DNA of 64,000 bases, from positions 438,235 to 502,234 of the forward strand of contig NW_008246083.1 of NCBI RefSeq assembly GCF_000281045.1. Reading direction: 5' to 3'. The stretch comes from Saprolegnia diclina VS20 (taxonomy: Eukaryota). The notes under the pieces are model-generated. The model made no database searches. It was given only the letters and a program-made list of their open reading frames with translations, and was not told the DNA's origin. Made by a program: the position numbers and the translations under genes. This document shows, piece after piece, positions 23,501 to 33,494 of this stretch. The first letter of the stretch is position 1. Each line of letters starts with the position of its first letter.

Positions 23501-23639
23501 CCTTGTCGTAGGCGACGCGGACCTCGTCGAGCAGCTGCGTCGTCTGCAGCCGGAGGAAGTTGGTCGTGTACACGGAGGACGCGTCCGCAGCGTTGAGCTG
23601 CAGCATCTCGGCCGTCGTCGGCGGCGCGTAGAGGCTCAT
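20553..23639 (-). CDS. NOL6: Nucleolar protein 6 / Utp22 (Nrap family)
   Basis: IDLAVTMP, KDFLNYRYHDKRNLYL, PTPRYNNAIL, FRAFWKTKAELRRFKDGAIVEAVVW. Likely start MSLYAPP. Confidence 0.93.
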   Translation of the reverse strand: MSLYAPPTTAEMLQLNAADASSVYTTNFLRLQTTQLLDEVRVAYDKVNGVNPILVAIKQCLDALPEQQVTSSCLAMPGLPTRNLLKEVALPFAAPARLDVLGSHTLRHGIKKASSLTIDLAVTMPSSCFVPKDFLNYRYHDKRNLYLGVLAGALQSLQVDGADVVASIRVTSFHGDANKPVLVASLAKKIKGHSVSLHVYPVLPENCFSVAKLNPGRSNIRSDVATPTPRYNNAILEDMRMLSHLKALHAIASQSPAFVETCMLAKVWLRQRSLDMNGFQASMLLLYLVQSKKIHLTTSSDAMFKIWLQFLASYDTSTALVFPSDGDVVPTDAALQVFSDAFDVVLLDASNRLNLFASLSASGFVEMQWLAQQSYRWLSQGTLLDFQRVFILQHSVYARYDEYIHVPLPKAKANAVPTLEVDLDVAWPAYVAALATKALGDRVARVRALIASASTWTLSSRRPLPTSMTLGLSIVPEHATRIVDKGPDADDTTAAAEFRAFWKTKAELRRFKDGAIVEAVVWDDVKPHEILCAIVAYIVMAHVPSIGDITSSNATLLEADTDAAAFAKHVPALHKTWNALGATLRSLDDVLPLKVKDVQPVAPAYRYTSPSPPLPHPLASKTPISVASKYISTVVDPILVVLQFESSSSWPTTADALEKAKLGFYVHLAHALDEHKSRAYTCHVFATGVDVAVDGYVFRLLLHTERDRSLCADFAARQYAVPHAMQLHALQSRHPSFAPTVRFVSTWLESQLCGSLLRLETIELLVASLFLSKEAPPMSILSGFTRLLTLLASHPWAEEALIVDLQDIWTEKDHREVQKRFDASATQPSTHPGLFVAASYEAMDTLSSWSRASVHGADERAMVHRLVSLARATTVSWLHWLKTGGAPHAWQSCFAHVMDYDVVLHLDTDALPSTKLHLSSKGPFGMAYYKNMRPDASSLYLGLDPLSGVVSKLRARLADFGLVFANKDVIAIRWKPTAFLPTRFRVMKATHLLPLENESGSAVPQIFSLLREIQDMTHGIVARTELKA

Positions 23640-24035
23640 GCTGGGGGCGGTGGCGAATATGAAGATGGAACGAGACCAACCAAGTTGATCCAAGGGGCAC
23701 CAACAATTGTTCACGGCGCCACTTTTTGGCCAATCAGCATCGTGTGTTTGGAAGTACCAACGTTTGATTGGTCGACAGCATTTATTTTCGCATTGTTGCA
23801 GTTGCATTTGATACCATACAACGGTGGTATGTTTTAAATAAAGGAGCACGAGGATGAAACAGTGTTTTCAAAAGACGCTGTCTGAAAACAGTGTTTCCTA
23901 GAAGGACGACATCAAGTCGGCTGCACAACAGCCTCCTTGTGCAAGCAATGTCGGTCCACAGAGGGCAATCCAACAAAATATAGTGTAGTCCTTCGTAATG
24001 GTGGCCACTCGGGCTTACTAGTATACTTGAAGAAA

Positions 24036-25433
24036 CTACTTGACATCAGGGACGTTGTCCGAACTGGCGTCTCGTCCGAGAGCTTGCTTATCAGCTCGGT
24101 CCACGATGGCGCGGCACAATAGCAAGACGACGTCGGTATGGCTTCGTGTGGCGGCGTGTACCATCGGCCCGCGCTACGTCGAATTGAGTCGCACGCGGTG
24201 CTGAGACGAAGCCCTACCGCCGTGCACTCAATGGTGGCGTTGGCCGCGAGCAAGATCGCAACGACGTCAGCGTGGCCGGCTGCGGCAGCCTCGACCAGCG
24301 GAGTGATGCCTTGCTATAGAACCGAAAATATGCCATGTGGTCCTCCTATATTGCCGCAGGACGCCACGTACGTTGTCGCCTTGGTGGACGTTGGCCCCAG
24401 CAGCCAGAAGGCTCGTGACGACGCGGGTGTGGCCACCTGCCGCCGCCGCAAACAGCGGAGTTTCGCCCCGCTAGAAATACGCGCGTGGGTGTGATGGCGC
24501 CGTGCATGTACAAGCGTACGTCGTTGCAGCGGTGCACATTGACGTTGGCGAGGAGGAGCCGGTCGACGACATCCGCGTGGCCGTGGCAGGCTGCTGTCCA
24601 CAGTGGCGTGGTGAGCGTCTAACGTTATAGAACAGGAGATGAGACACTGCCGATAGTAGAAACCGCATACGGAGTCGCGGCCGTTGACTAGCGCGCCCTT
24701 GGCGAGCAAGAGGTTGACCGCGTCGAGGTCGCCCTTGTGGGCGGCTTGAAACAGCGCACCGCCCTTGGTCTACAACGGAATGATTCGCATCGCTAGCGAG
24801 GAGGCAGAACGGTACTTTGGTCTCGAGGTTGACGTTGGGGTTGGCGTCCAGCAGAAGCGGCAGCAGCCACGTGTGCTTGCTCACGACAGCGAGCCCGAGC
24901 AGCGGCACTTCGCACTACGCACCCAACCAGTGTATTCGGTCAGTTGGGCGATACCATGGACGATACTAACGTTACCAAAATGGTGTCGACGGTGGCACCC
25001 GCGGCGAGAAGCCGCCGGAAAATGGCCTCGGGGGCCTCTCGCTCGACCGCTACGGCGAGTGGGGACGGGACGTTCTACACCCAGCAACATTGTGTCGGGC
25101 ACGAAACTGCGGATTCGCTGGATACCGAGCCGCCATAGTTGACATTGGCGCCGGCCGCTAAGAGGCAGTCGAGAACGTCCTCGCGTCGGCTCCACGTTGC
25201 ATTGTACAACGCCGAGTAGCCCTACAAACGATAGAAACCATTGGGTCTAGTAGCAAGGGGCACCAACCCATTTGGTTGCATTTGGGCTCACGCCTTGCGC
25301 CAGCAGGGCCTGCACTTGAGCGAGGTCGCCGTCCGTCGCCGCTTGCGCCAGCTCCGCTTCAAACTAGTTTTGGACAAGCATTCGGTCTCGTGTTGATGCG
25401 GACTCAATTTACCGCGCTTTGAGTTTGCCCCAT
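24036..25433 (-). CDS. Ankyrin-repeat protein with N-terminal MGQTQS (putative N-myristoylation), about one repeat per exon
   Basis: MGQTQSA|FEAELAQAATDGDLAQVQALLAQG..., GETPLFAAAAGGHTRVV, TPLWTAACHGHADVV, ITPLVEAAAAGHADVV. An oomycete initiator-like TCATTTCTCAATT lies just upstream of the ATG. Confidence 0.85.
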
Positions 25434-25686
25434 GCCCGTAGAATTGAGAAATGATGCACATCGGGCGGCCGCTCTTGGCTCTTGCCCCCCCCCTCTTTTT
25501 TTTTGCAGGGCCAGGTCCTAGACAAATGTCCCACCGTCGTCTGCGCTTATTCTCGCACAGAAATTCGGCGGCAGAGGGTGGTCGTGTTTCATGCCCCCTG
25601 GTGAGGGCCCCATTAAATGCAAAAACCGGCACCCGACAACCCTGCCGGACAACTCATCTATTCACTTGCACATCCATCAGTCCAAG

Positions 25687-27452
25687 ATGGTCACACCGAA
25701 CGACGCGCGAGCGCGCACCTTGCCGCTGCCCGACGGTGCAACGAGCTGCCACTGCCGATACCTTGACGCCTCGCGTAGATGAAGAGCTCGTGCCGTCGCC
25801 CGGCCTCCGCTTTGACGCCTTTGCCATCACGAACGCCAGCCAATCGACGACCTTTTTCAAGGTACGCTACGTCATCCTTGGCTACTACTTGAGCTAGGAT
25901 ACTGGCCTAGACTGGCTGTGCGGTGTGTCCGGACGCCTCGCTGTCGTTGCACGCGACCCCGGGGCGCATTCGGTGTACGCTGCCAAACGGGTTTTGGACG
26001 AGCTTGGACGTGACGACGATCCTCGACTTTACGAGCGATGTGGCGCTAAGCAATCTGCACCTGGTGCAGTGCATGTACCTCGGTGACCGCGTCCAAGTCG
26101 AGTCGCTTGCGTTCGGTCCGGTGCAAGCCAATGTCGCGACCTCCTGGACGAGGAAGCGCATGAACCCCTTCTACTTTGCGACGCCGAGCGCAATGACGTC
26201 GCCGGCACGTAGCGACGTCTTTTACTTCAACGAAAAGAACGCGCTGGTCGGCCACCACCGCCTCTTGCTCGGGTCAGTGCTCACGCCCGACAACCATTAC
26301 AAGAACCAGCTCGTCGACCACGTGGTCCTCCGTGAGCGCGCGAGCATCCGCACCACGTTGCACAAGGTTGTGATCGTCCCGTCGCTCTACAAGGTTCGCA
26401 AAGTCGCTCTTGTGCGTCTTCCGATCTCGGCTAGTATAACCGCGATGTGCTTTTGGACGCGATTGACGATGGTGCTGACGACATTGTTCGGCTCCTTGTC
26501 GACCACGGCGCCGACATCAAAGGGGTACGTCGACTATCCAACAGTAGTTGTACAAGTGTGCTGCGTAGGTGTGCAGTGACCGGCTCCTCGCCCGGGCCCT
26601 CGATCAGAGCGACGTCGAGACGGCGATCTATGCGCTCAAGCATGGCGCGGACGTTCAGTCCCGAATCGAGGTGCGATTCCTACAGCAACATGTGGCTGTT
26701 ACTCTTGTCGCCGTAGGGCAGCTCGCTCGTATGGTGCTGGCCGGCAACGACGCCATGCTCGAGGTGCTCGTGAATGCAGGCGCGTACCTCGGCGACCCGT
26801 GCGACCTCCACAAGTACATTCGCTGCGGCCGGCGCTGCCCGGTACCTCCCATTTGACGACGCGTGGTGCGTATTCGCGCACGGAATAGCCCACCGAGGCG
26901 CCCTTGGTCGCAGCGTACACGAGCAACCAACCACGCATGGCGCAGCTTCTCCTGGACCTCCACGCGCCGATCGACGTAGCGCAAAAAGCTGTGCGATCCC
27001 CTCGTGGTCATCGAAACTGTGCAATCGTGCGGTGTAGGCTCCCCGCAACTGCCTCCTGGCGCTCTGTCTACCGCACCTGACGGACGAGTGTGCGCGCCGG
27101 TGGCATATCCTGCAGCTCCTCGAGCGCGGCGCTGCCACCATGATGCACAAGCCCAACCAGGTAGGAGAACCCTAACCGCCCGTGTAGCGTCGATTTCCAA
27201 TAGGACGGAATGACACCGTACGAGCTGGCGACGGCGATGGGCGCGACAACGATTCGCAAAAGCTTTGATCTCTACACCAAATCCTCAGCCGCAAAGGTAG
27301 CCGGGTGTTGTACGCTCACCAAGGTGGCTCACTCGCCTGAATAGCTGGCGGACGACGGACCAGTGGACGACAATTGCGCGTCCCCGGCGGGCAGCTCGGC
27401 GCTGAGTTACACGTACGACTCGGACGCGTCGGATGACGTCCTCGATCAGTAG
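25687..27452 (+). CDS. UNC119/PDE-delta-like domain + ankyrin repeat protein (paralog C), multi-exon
   Basis: MVTPNDARARTLPLPDG|..PGLRFDAFAITNASQSTTFFK|TGCAVCPDASL...SDVFYFNEKNALVGHHR. Ankyrin exons and tail (MTPYELATAMG, SYTYDSDASDDVLDQ*) are collinear with paralog A. Confidence 0.8.
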
Positions 27453-27617
27453 CGACTGTGTCCATACTAAGCACCTCCTAACACAAGAGAAAATCGAAGT
27501 GTCGGCTCCATGGATCCCTGTACATAGGTTCATCTTCCATCGCCACCTAATTCGATTTAACATGAAGGTGGACGACAGGTCGAGCGAAGACTGCATTCCG
27601 TGTTTTAGTGGCCGACA

Positions 27618-30333
27618 CTAGACGGCAGCGATGTGGTTAGGGTACATTGGCGACGCGTCATCGTCGTCATCGTCCAGTTCGATTTCGTCGAACCGGACGC
27701 GGCTACCGTCGTCCAAGGTTTCCGTTTGGTCAAAGTACGCGTCGTAGATGGGTCCGACGCTCACTGTCCGCCCCCCGCACGCCGTGTCATCCTACAGGAA
27801 TGCGATCAAATAATCATGTTTCTCGCTGCAAATGCGGACCCGAAAGTATGCGTCGTAGATGGGCCCGAGGTCGAACCCGCCGTCAGCTCTGTCGGGCTGG
27901 GTTCCATCCATCGTGCTGCCATCACCCGCCTCGACGAGCTCGTGCTCGGTGCCGGCGTTGACCATGCTGTGGTTGGTGCAAGTCGTGTCGAGCTACAGCA
28001 ATATCAGATCTGAGTCGCCCGATACGAATTTCCTGCGTACCGAGTCGGCGGTCGACTGCACAAAGTAGCCGTCGTAGACACTGCCCATCGCGAGCGCCTG
28101 CGCCGCGCCTTCGTCGGTCGTGACGACCATTGTGCCGTCGTCGCCTGCCTCGACGAGCCCGTGGTCGGCGTCGTTGAACGTCCCGTCGTCCACGTCATCG
28201 GGCGAGATGGCCTCGGCGGTGATCTGCCCCGTCGCGCGGATCTCATGCATCCACGCATCATTGTCGACGGTCTACACCAGGCGTTCGTCCACTTGATGCA
28301 TTGATACAAGAGAAATACCGAGACGAGGGCCGCTTGGTGGTACTCGATCTGGTTGTTGGCGTCGTCGTTGGCTTCAAAATGCATGGTCATGTCCTTGGCG
28401 AGCGCCAAGTGATCGCCAATCGCATCGTACGTCGCTTCTTCGGCCATCGCGTCATCGGGCGGGAGGACACGCGAGTGCGCGTGGCCCAGAATCGAGAGCA
28501 TGCGTCGGTCCTTGAGTGCCACAGCGAGGGCGACAAGCCCCGCTTCGTCCAACATCTAGAAGCTCTAAAGGTCACATGCTATCGAATGAAAGCGTGTATA
28601 CCGGGAGGTTGGCACTCGACTGGTAGTGGACAAAGAGCTCGGCGATCGCATAGAGCTGGTGCTTGACCACAAAATGCATGGCCGAGACACCCATCTACAG
28701 GGCTTGATGCTCGGCGGTGCCACGAGAATGGCGTATACCTTGTTGAGGCGGTGGATGCTGGCCACCGCGCCGTGCTCCAAGAGCGCCAGCACGTGCGCCA
28801 TGCGCTCGTCGCCATGGAGGGCCATGATGCAGTTGGCTAAGATGCTATGCTGCGGGTACTACTCTGCGATGAGATCCAGCCAAGGGTTGGTGTGCGTACA
28901 GCGCCGCGGTTGTCGTTGACGTCGGCGCCCTTGCGCAACAGCAGCGACGCAATCTCGGGCTGCCGCCACACGTAGGCACACTGCAGCGCGGTTGCATGGT
29001 CCTGGATCATCATATCGTTCTCTCTTAGAGCTCTGCCATGACATGACCACGTACGCAGTGCTGAACATCGCACGGGTCGGCCCGAAGCGCACACGCTGGA
29101 CCGATCGCAGCGCCGGCGTCCAAGAGCAGCTCGACCATGCTCATGCTGCCGCCCATGATGGCGACATGCAGCGGAGTCAGCGCCGTCGTCTACGCCATTC
29201 ATTCGCTTCCTCATTCGTAGCTGCTGGGAAACGTACGATGACGGCTCCATCGACGCTCGCGCCTTGCTTGAGGAAGAAGCGTGTCATCTCAAAGTCCTTC
29301 TTCTGCACCGCATTGTGCAGCACCGTGTGGTTCGCCTACGAACTCTTTAAGACGCCATGCCGACGAGCTCGTCTTCCACCAAGTCGACGCTGTTGATGTC
29401 GGCGCCATGGGCAAGCAGCAGCTGCAGCGTCGGACACGCGCGGTGGTTGGCCGCTGTGTGCAGCAGCTGCGTCGCCTCCTAACCAACTCGTCAGCAACCG
29501 GCAACAACGGTGCACGTACGTACCTGGACACAGGGACCGCGTCGGTTGAACGTCGCTTTGTGGAGTGCGCGGTGTACGTGGTCGAGCGACGCATTATCCT
29601 CAACACGCTGCAGCAAGATGGCGTTGGCGACCCGCGGCGAGACGAAGCGGAAGACCGTTCGGTGGTGGGCGAGAAACCGATCGTTGACAAAGTAAAAGAT
29701 GTCGCTGCGGACCGGCTCGTCGCGCTGTTGAAAGCGGCCGCGGTCGATGCGCGCTTTAAATGGATTGGTCGGCCACGCAATGTCCCACGCCACGACGCCG
29801 TCGTCATCGACCTTGGTAGCGCCGAGGAAGCGCGCGTCGCGGACAAAGACGTCGTCCTTGGCGAAGTAGATGCGCTGGATCATGCGCAGCTTGCCCCACG
29901 GCTCGTCACCGACCGTTTGAATCTGCAGTCGGTAGACAAACGACGGCAGTGTCAGAAATGAACTCGGCAAGTCGAGCCGTAGCTCGCCCTTGGCGGCCTC
30001 CAGCACCGACGCCATGGACGAGCCGCACGTCATGCAGCCCACCTACAGGACCGTCAGGCATGCATATCGCTTAAGAGCGCATGGCACCGTACGTTGAAGA
30101 GCGGCGCCGTCTCGGTCGCCGGCGCGACGCAAAAGCCCGTGACAGCAAACGAAGCGTGCTGCCATGGCAGCGCTTCCTCTACGCCTAGCATCGTCGGTAC
30201 ATGGCATGCGAAGGACAGCGGTACCGAGGAAGGGGGCGTGGAGGAGCTGCGTCTCGGCCGCGTGGTCGACACCGCTGCTGGCGCGTCGGTGGAGGCGAGG
30301 GTTGGGGCGAGGGTTGGCGGCGGCAATGGGCAT
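27618..30333 (-). CDS. UNC119-like domain + ankyrin repeats + acidic repeat tail (paralog D), multi-exon
   Basis: VGCMTCGS...LPSSFLTL...TVGDEPWGKLRMIQRIYF...SDIFYFVNDRFLAHHR, then ankyrin exons and a tail with GxxYDxYF motifs, ending PNHIAAV*. Confidence 0.8.
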
Positions 30334-31032
30334 GGCAAATTTGAGTCTGGGACGGTCGCTACACTGAGAAAAAGACCGGCTGGTCGCGGCCGTTTTAATT
30401 TGAGCCAATGAAAATGGCTTGCTCGCGACGGCTCGACCAATCCCATCGCTGCAAAGATCGCCGCACGTGGTCCTCGGCCAAAAAGCGGTACATGGCGCAG
30501 AAACGCGGTCCTATTCGCGCGCATTTGACAAGAAGGGGGTACGTGGCAAGGCCGCTCTTGGCTACTGCGCTTCAAGGACGTCGTCCCGCGGAGAGCGGCT
30601 ACGACCTGATCGACATGCTACTCGTTGGATGCACTCGGCTGCATGCCATGCACCCAAACGAGAAGAGATCTAGAAGCGCGCAACGGCTTCGATCAATGGC
30701 TGGTGGCCCGTTGGCGTCGCAAGCGTCGTCGATCGCAGAGACAAAGAGCCGAGCGTCGAGAAGGACCTACTTGAAGAAGTAGCAACGTTGCGCCATCTTT
30801 GTTGAAGCGGATTTGATTGCAGTTGATTGCCCAAGCCAGTTCGAGACTGTTCCACCTCGATTTCGCACCACAATCAAAGCTATAGCTCCGTGATCTTAGT
30901 TGCGTCTTAGTCTAGTTGGCGATGACCAACCAGAGGGTTCCCGCCCACAGAACCAATACCATGGCTCATCTCCGGTGGTAGCAAGAGCCACCAGACCCGA
31001 ACGAGGATGTGGCGCTCTTATTCGGGGACGTC

Positions 31033-33210
31033 TCAGAGCCAATGCAGCATCGGACCTTGGGGACCGTGGCCGAGGCGGCAGTCTTGGCTGCTCACCAAGA
31101 TTGCATGGACGTAGCGGATGGCGTGGAGCACTGCCGACTTGATGTCGGGCACCTAGACACCTGTCAATGTATGGACAGAAACACACGATACGATATGGAT
31201 GACCTTGGCGTAGTGCGCCGCGATGGCCGACGCGAGCGTGCACCCGGTCCCTGCTAGCGTGAGTCTCCTTCTTACACCCGTGCACACGTGGTTACCGTGG
31301 GTGTTGGTCGTCGTGATGCGAGGCGACTCGAAGCAAAAGCATTCGGTGCCGTCGTAGAGGACGTCGACGACCTTGGCCGGGTCGTCGAGGTGCCCGCCCT
31401 TGACGAGCACGTAGCGCGATCGGCCAAGCCGCTGCAAGTCGGCAGCCGCGACCTTCATGTCGTCGACCGTTGAAATCGAACGGCCGTCGAGCTAGACGCC
31501 GTCAATCACACTGCGCATCGGCAACGCTCGCGTACCAGGAACGAGGCTTCGGGGATGTTGGGGGTAATGAGCATCGCCAGTGGGAAGAGCTCCTTGACGA
31601 TGCTCGCATGCGCGTCGGCCTCGAGAAGCCTGCATTGTCACATGAGCGATGGCAAGTAGGATGGCCGTACGTGTGGCCGCTCGTCGACACCATGACCGGA
31701 TCCACAATCAGCGGGATCGCGTCAAACTCCTTGACCGCGTCGACAACGCACTGCACGATCGCCGCCGAGGCCAGCATACCGGTCTACAGACCGCATGACA
31801 TGTTGTGCGATGACGTCATCGTACCTTGATGACGTCGGCACCAATGTCCTCAAGCACACACCGAATTTGCGCGCGGAGGGTCGCGATCGGCACGGCGTGG
31901 ATACTGAGCACCCCGTGAGTGTTTTGCACCTACGGTGTATCATAGCGTCGACGTCGCCGAGGACAGCGCACCGTGATCGCAGTGACGGCGCTCGTGGAGA
32001 AGACGCCGAGGGCTGTGCACGCCTTCACGTCGGCTTGGATCCCGGCCTACGTGCACCGTCAAATCGTTGGTGCGGACGGAGGACGTACACCGCCGCCGCT
32101 GTCCGAGCCTGCAATGCAGAGGACGCTTGGCACACGCGCGGCCGGCGCATGGATCGGCGCCGCATCGTCGCTAGCCACTGACGTCGACAGGACGAGCAGC
32201 TCGGTGCACGCGTCTCGTTCGTCAGCGCCGACGTCGGTTGCGGTAACCTGCAACGACGCGCCGTCCAAAATGCGTGTTAGCACCGCTGCCAAGAGCGAGG
32301 CCGACGGCAATGGTTCGATCGAAGACGTTGGTGACGCGAGCACCAGCGTCGTTGCGTCGCACTGCAGCACCGTCGGTCCTATTGCATTGGGAGATGAGAC
32401 TCGTGGCAACTTCGAGGTGACGTACGGAGCATCTCGCGGGCGTTGGCGACCGGAAAGTACGCGTCAAAGAAGCTGCGCTCGAGCTGCATCGCGCGGTCGT
32501 AGAGCGCAAACAGACGGCGCTCGTCGACCTCGTCGCGCGTCGCGATCGTATCGAGAAGCGCTTCCATGACGTTGGCGCTGGCCTGTACACGAGTGTTCGC
32601 CGTGTAGCCGGATGCTATGATGTACCTCAAACTCGGCAGTCGCGTACGTCTCGATCCACTTGGCGTATGTGTTCACGCCCGGCGTGGCCGTGAGGTGGGT
32701 GCGGGCGCCGGCGAGCGCCTGGCCCAAGGCGGCGTAGAGCCGGGCGCAGGGCACCATGGCAGCGAGGATCTCGGCGACAGATGTCGCGGCCTTGGCCGTC
32801 GCACGAAGAAAGTCGACGTACGCCCGCGTGGCCGGGGTCGCCGAGGTGGCATCGACCACATGCGGCGGCACGCCCCACGACTACGTATGGACGGTGTTGG
32901 TGACCGTGTTGGATGAGGCTGCACGTACCTCCATGAAGGATGTATGCAGCTCGAGCTCCTCGTTGACGCCTTGCATGAGCTTGACGAGCGCAATTGCATC
33001 GGCTGGCGAGTCGGCCTTGGCGACTGCGACCGCAAATGCTTGGAGGAACCCGTGCAGGTAGAAGGCGTCTTGCTTGAGGAACTCTTGAAAGCTTGTGAGT
33101 GGAAGCGCGCCCGAAGCGACGCCCAGCAAGAAGGGATGGTACACGCAGCGGAAGCGCGTCGGCGACGCATCGGCCCACAGCCGGCGACTCAATGGCGTCC
33201 CGCTGACCAT
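31033..33210 (-). CDS. TenA (thiaminase II/aminopyrimidine aminohydrolase)-ThiD (HMP/HMP-P kinase) fusion, multi-exon
   Basis: TenA motifs HPFL, QDAFYL, MVPCARLY, YAKWIETY, LERSFF. ThiD motifs IAGSDSGGG, IVDPVMVSTSG, VLVKGGH, NTHG|TGCTLASAIAA. Confidence 0.9.
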
Positions 33211-33494
33211 GGCTTGACACAAATGAGTCATCGCTGGGGCACTGTTTTAAACGTTTCAAACATATATGGTTTTATACATGAAATACAAATAAGTGGGTTT
33301 TGTATTTTACATCAAACAATAGGTGTATGAAACCGGAGCATGACGGTGAAATCATTGCGCATCGTCGAGCGCTGGTGCAAAAAACGCATTGCGTTATTTT
33401 CGATGCCATCCAATAACCGAATAAACGTGTTTAAACTCACTTCAACGTATAAAACCGAACGGTCGAAAGGCACGAGCGGACAAGGAGGGCACGA

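Noticed and set aside
21198..23837. 879-aa plus-strand ORF
   Set aside because: Antisense shadow of NOL6 caused by high GC3; Arg/Val-rich with no motifs. The same applies to long antisense ORFs over HEATR3, the PX gene, the channel and the proteases.
23640..23849. N-terminal extension of the NOL6 ORF
   Set aside because: Lower GC and overlaps CCAAT boxes; more likely promoter/5'UTR, with the start at 23639.
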